Virus record (IMG/VR): IMGVR_UViG_3300045988_101454 | Span: 32,001-96,000 of that record | Length of the DNA stretch: 64,000 nucleotides | Direction: 5' to 3' (one strand) | Source: a virus | The notes under the pieces: generated by a model | What the model was told of the DNA's origin: nothing | The model's database searches: none | What the model saw: the letters and a program-made list of their open reading frames with translations, nothing else | Shown: one piece after another, positions 63,008-64,000 of the stretch | Numbering within the stretch: the first letter of the stretch is position 1 | Layout of the letters: each line of letters opens with the position of its first letter | Position numbers and translations under genes: made by a program

Positions 63008-64000
63008 TTATTCCTTTGTCAGTCCTCCCAGCATCGGCAGGAAGAACACCGCAGCTCCCGCGAACGCCAGCATCACGACTCCCGTTGACACAGCCATCAG
63101 CACTGCCAGTACACCCGCCAACACCGTCTTCACGCCCATACCCTTGTCTTCCCTTGCCGTGTTGTCTTCGCGTTTCTCTCGCAGCGTCGGCTCGCCTACC
63201 TGCGGATAGTTACGCTTGCGCTTTGGCTTTGGCTGGGGTGTAGATTCCGGCTGGGGTATAGGTTCCGGTTCTGCTTCTGCTTCCTGCTCCTGACTCTGAT
63301 TAATCTCCGTCTCTATAACGCAAGGTTCCTCTACCTTTCCATCCACACACACGATAACATCGCCGTGCAGGCTAACCTCAATCTTGCAACCTGGCACAAG
63401 GGCTTTCTGGTTGAAGGTATTCTCGCTGCCGCAGTTGGCATGAGAAAAACGGTGTCCGTTCATTTCCACTTCGTCAAAGTCGGCTACGTATGTTATCTTG
63501 CCAGTCTTCTCGCCTACCGTGGTATGGTGTCCGCGATATGTAGTAACGGCCTTGAATACGGGACGAAACTTAAATGCGCAGTTATACTTTGCGTCATGGT
63601 CTGTCTGTCCGATGCGGTCGTAATAGTCGTAATTGTCAAACTTGAACACAAGTCCGTCGGTAGGGTAGGGCAGCTTCTCGCGCTCCACCTCTGCAGCGCA
63701 CACGATGCTCTCTATGTCCTGCTCCAGTTCTGCATCCGTCTTTTCAAGATTGAGAGCCGACACAAAGCCCGAAGTCTTGAAGCCATTACGTTCCAAGGCT
63801 TGCATCGCCGGCATGTGCCTTATCACGCCGTCCATAATGAGGCGGAACGGATGAAACTCCAGGCGCTTGCACTCGTCCTTTACAGCCACCTTCTTCGCCA
63901 TGATGCCGTTGCTCGTAGAACGAGGTGACTTGCCAGCCTTGCTATAACGGGCAAACGCCCCAAGCGAGATAATTACCTCGCCTCTCACCTCCACTCGGTC
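63008..64000 (-). CDS. NAD-dependent DNA ligase-like (adenylation + OB) with Pro/Glu linker and C-terminal TM helices; N-terminus beyond window
   Basis: EVRGEV, PYPTDGLVFKF and NCAFKFRP match LigA motifs III, IV and V, followed by an OB-like region. Then comes PEPIPQPESTPQPKPKRK, and the tail is VLAGVLAVLMAVSTGVVMLAFAGAAVFFLPML. The frame is open to position 64000. Confidence 0.65.
   Translation of the reverse strand, partial: DRVEVRGEVIISLGAFARYSKAGKSPRSTSNGIMAKKVAVKDECKRLEFHPFRLIMDGVIRHMPAMQALERNGFKTSGFVSALNLEKTDAELEQDIESIVCAAEVEREKLPYPTDGLVFKFDNYDYYDRIGQTDHDAKYNCAFKFRPVFKAVTTYRGHHTTVGEKTGKITYVADFDEVEMNGHRFSHANCGSENTFNQKALVPGCKIEVSLHGDVIVCVDGKVEEPCVIETEINQSQEQEAEAEPEPIPQPESTPQPKPKRKRNYPQVGEPTLREKREDNTAREDKGMGVKTVLAGVLAVLMAVSTGVVMLAFAGAAVFFLPMLGGLTKE

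Noticed and set aside
1-64000. Whole-genome TAG-to-amino-acid recoding (genetic code 15).
   Set aside because: The long genes (tape measure 1858 aa, primase-helicase 1221 aa, terminase, capsid) are intact under the standard code. Several genes end in TAG with sensible boundaries, for example TAG TAA at 23871. Reading through the TAG at 15655 would give an extension of more than 130 codons overlapping the next gene out of frame. Only partial or conditional suppression remains plausible.
1-64000. A diversity-generating retroelement or shufflon that could explain the repeated TRD-like modules.
   Set aside because: I saw no reverse transcriptase, no template/variable nucleotide repeat pair, no invertase or recombinase gene, and no inverted nucleotide repeats flanking the modules. 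Similarity among modules is at the protein-motif level only.

Overview
The window reads as a 64 kb segment of a tailed phage, coded mostly on the minus strand, that also carries a plasmid-type maintenance module, so I treat it as a candidate phage-plasmid. No integrase, tRNA, rRNA, CRISPR array or reverse transcriptase was recognised. A Bacteroidota-type host is suggested by TAnnTTTG -7 boxes, the absence of Shine-Dalgarno sites, and many ATGA/TAATG coupled genes. All calls come from reading motifs by eye, with no database search, so family names are hypotheses and start codons are approximate. Content by region: (1) 1-3.6 kb: membrane proteins, RtcB RNA ligase, GNAT. (2) 3.6-8.5 kb: an unusual run of 40-60 codon mini-ORFs. 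Each resembles one target-recognition module of a C5 cytosine methyltransferase, and they follow a fragment that keeps only catalytic motif VIII. (3) 8.5-16 kb: small early-type genes with a repeated 24-nt leader, plus Cys-rich or membrane proteins. (4) 16.3-17.5 kb: a LysR regulator moron bracketed by two terminators. (5) 17.6-35.2 kb: capsid, protease-scaffold, a MazG/ThyX-like/guanylate-kinase trio, an 880-nt non-coding region, a 1858-aa tape measure and a holin-like gene. (6) 35.4-43.1 kb, plus strand: a DNA-modification island (radical SAM, PP-loop ATPase, three methyltransferases) and the large terminase. (7) 43.3-56 kb: replication genes (beta clamp, SSB-like, 1221-aa primase-helicase, DnaQ-like exonuclease). 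(8) 56-64 kb: an HTH switch, Rep plus iterons, ParA plus an RHH partner, lipoproteins, and a truncated membrane-anchored LigA-like ligase. The main recurring oddity is that DNA-modification genes are selectively interrupted. The interruptions are long G/C homopolymers sitting one nucleotide out of frame, in-frame TAG codons (never TAA or TGA), and frameshifts. The long structural and replication genes are intact.
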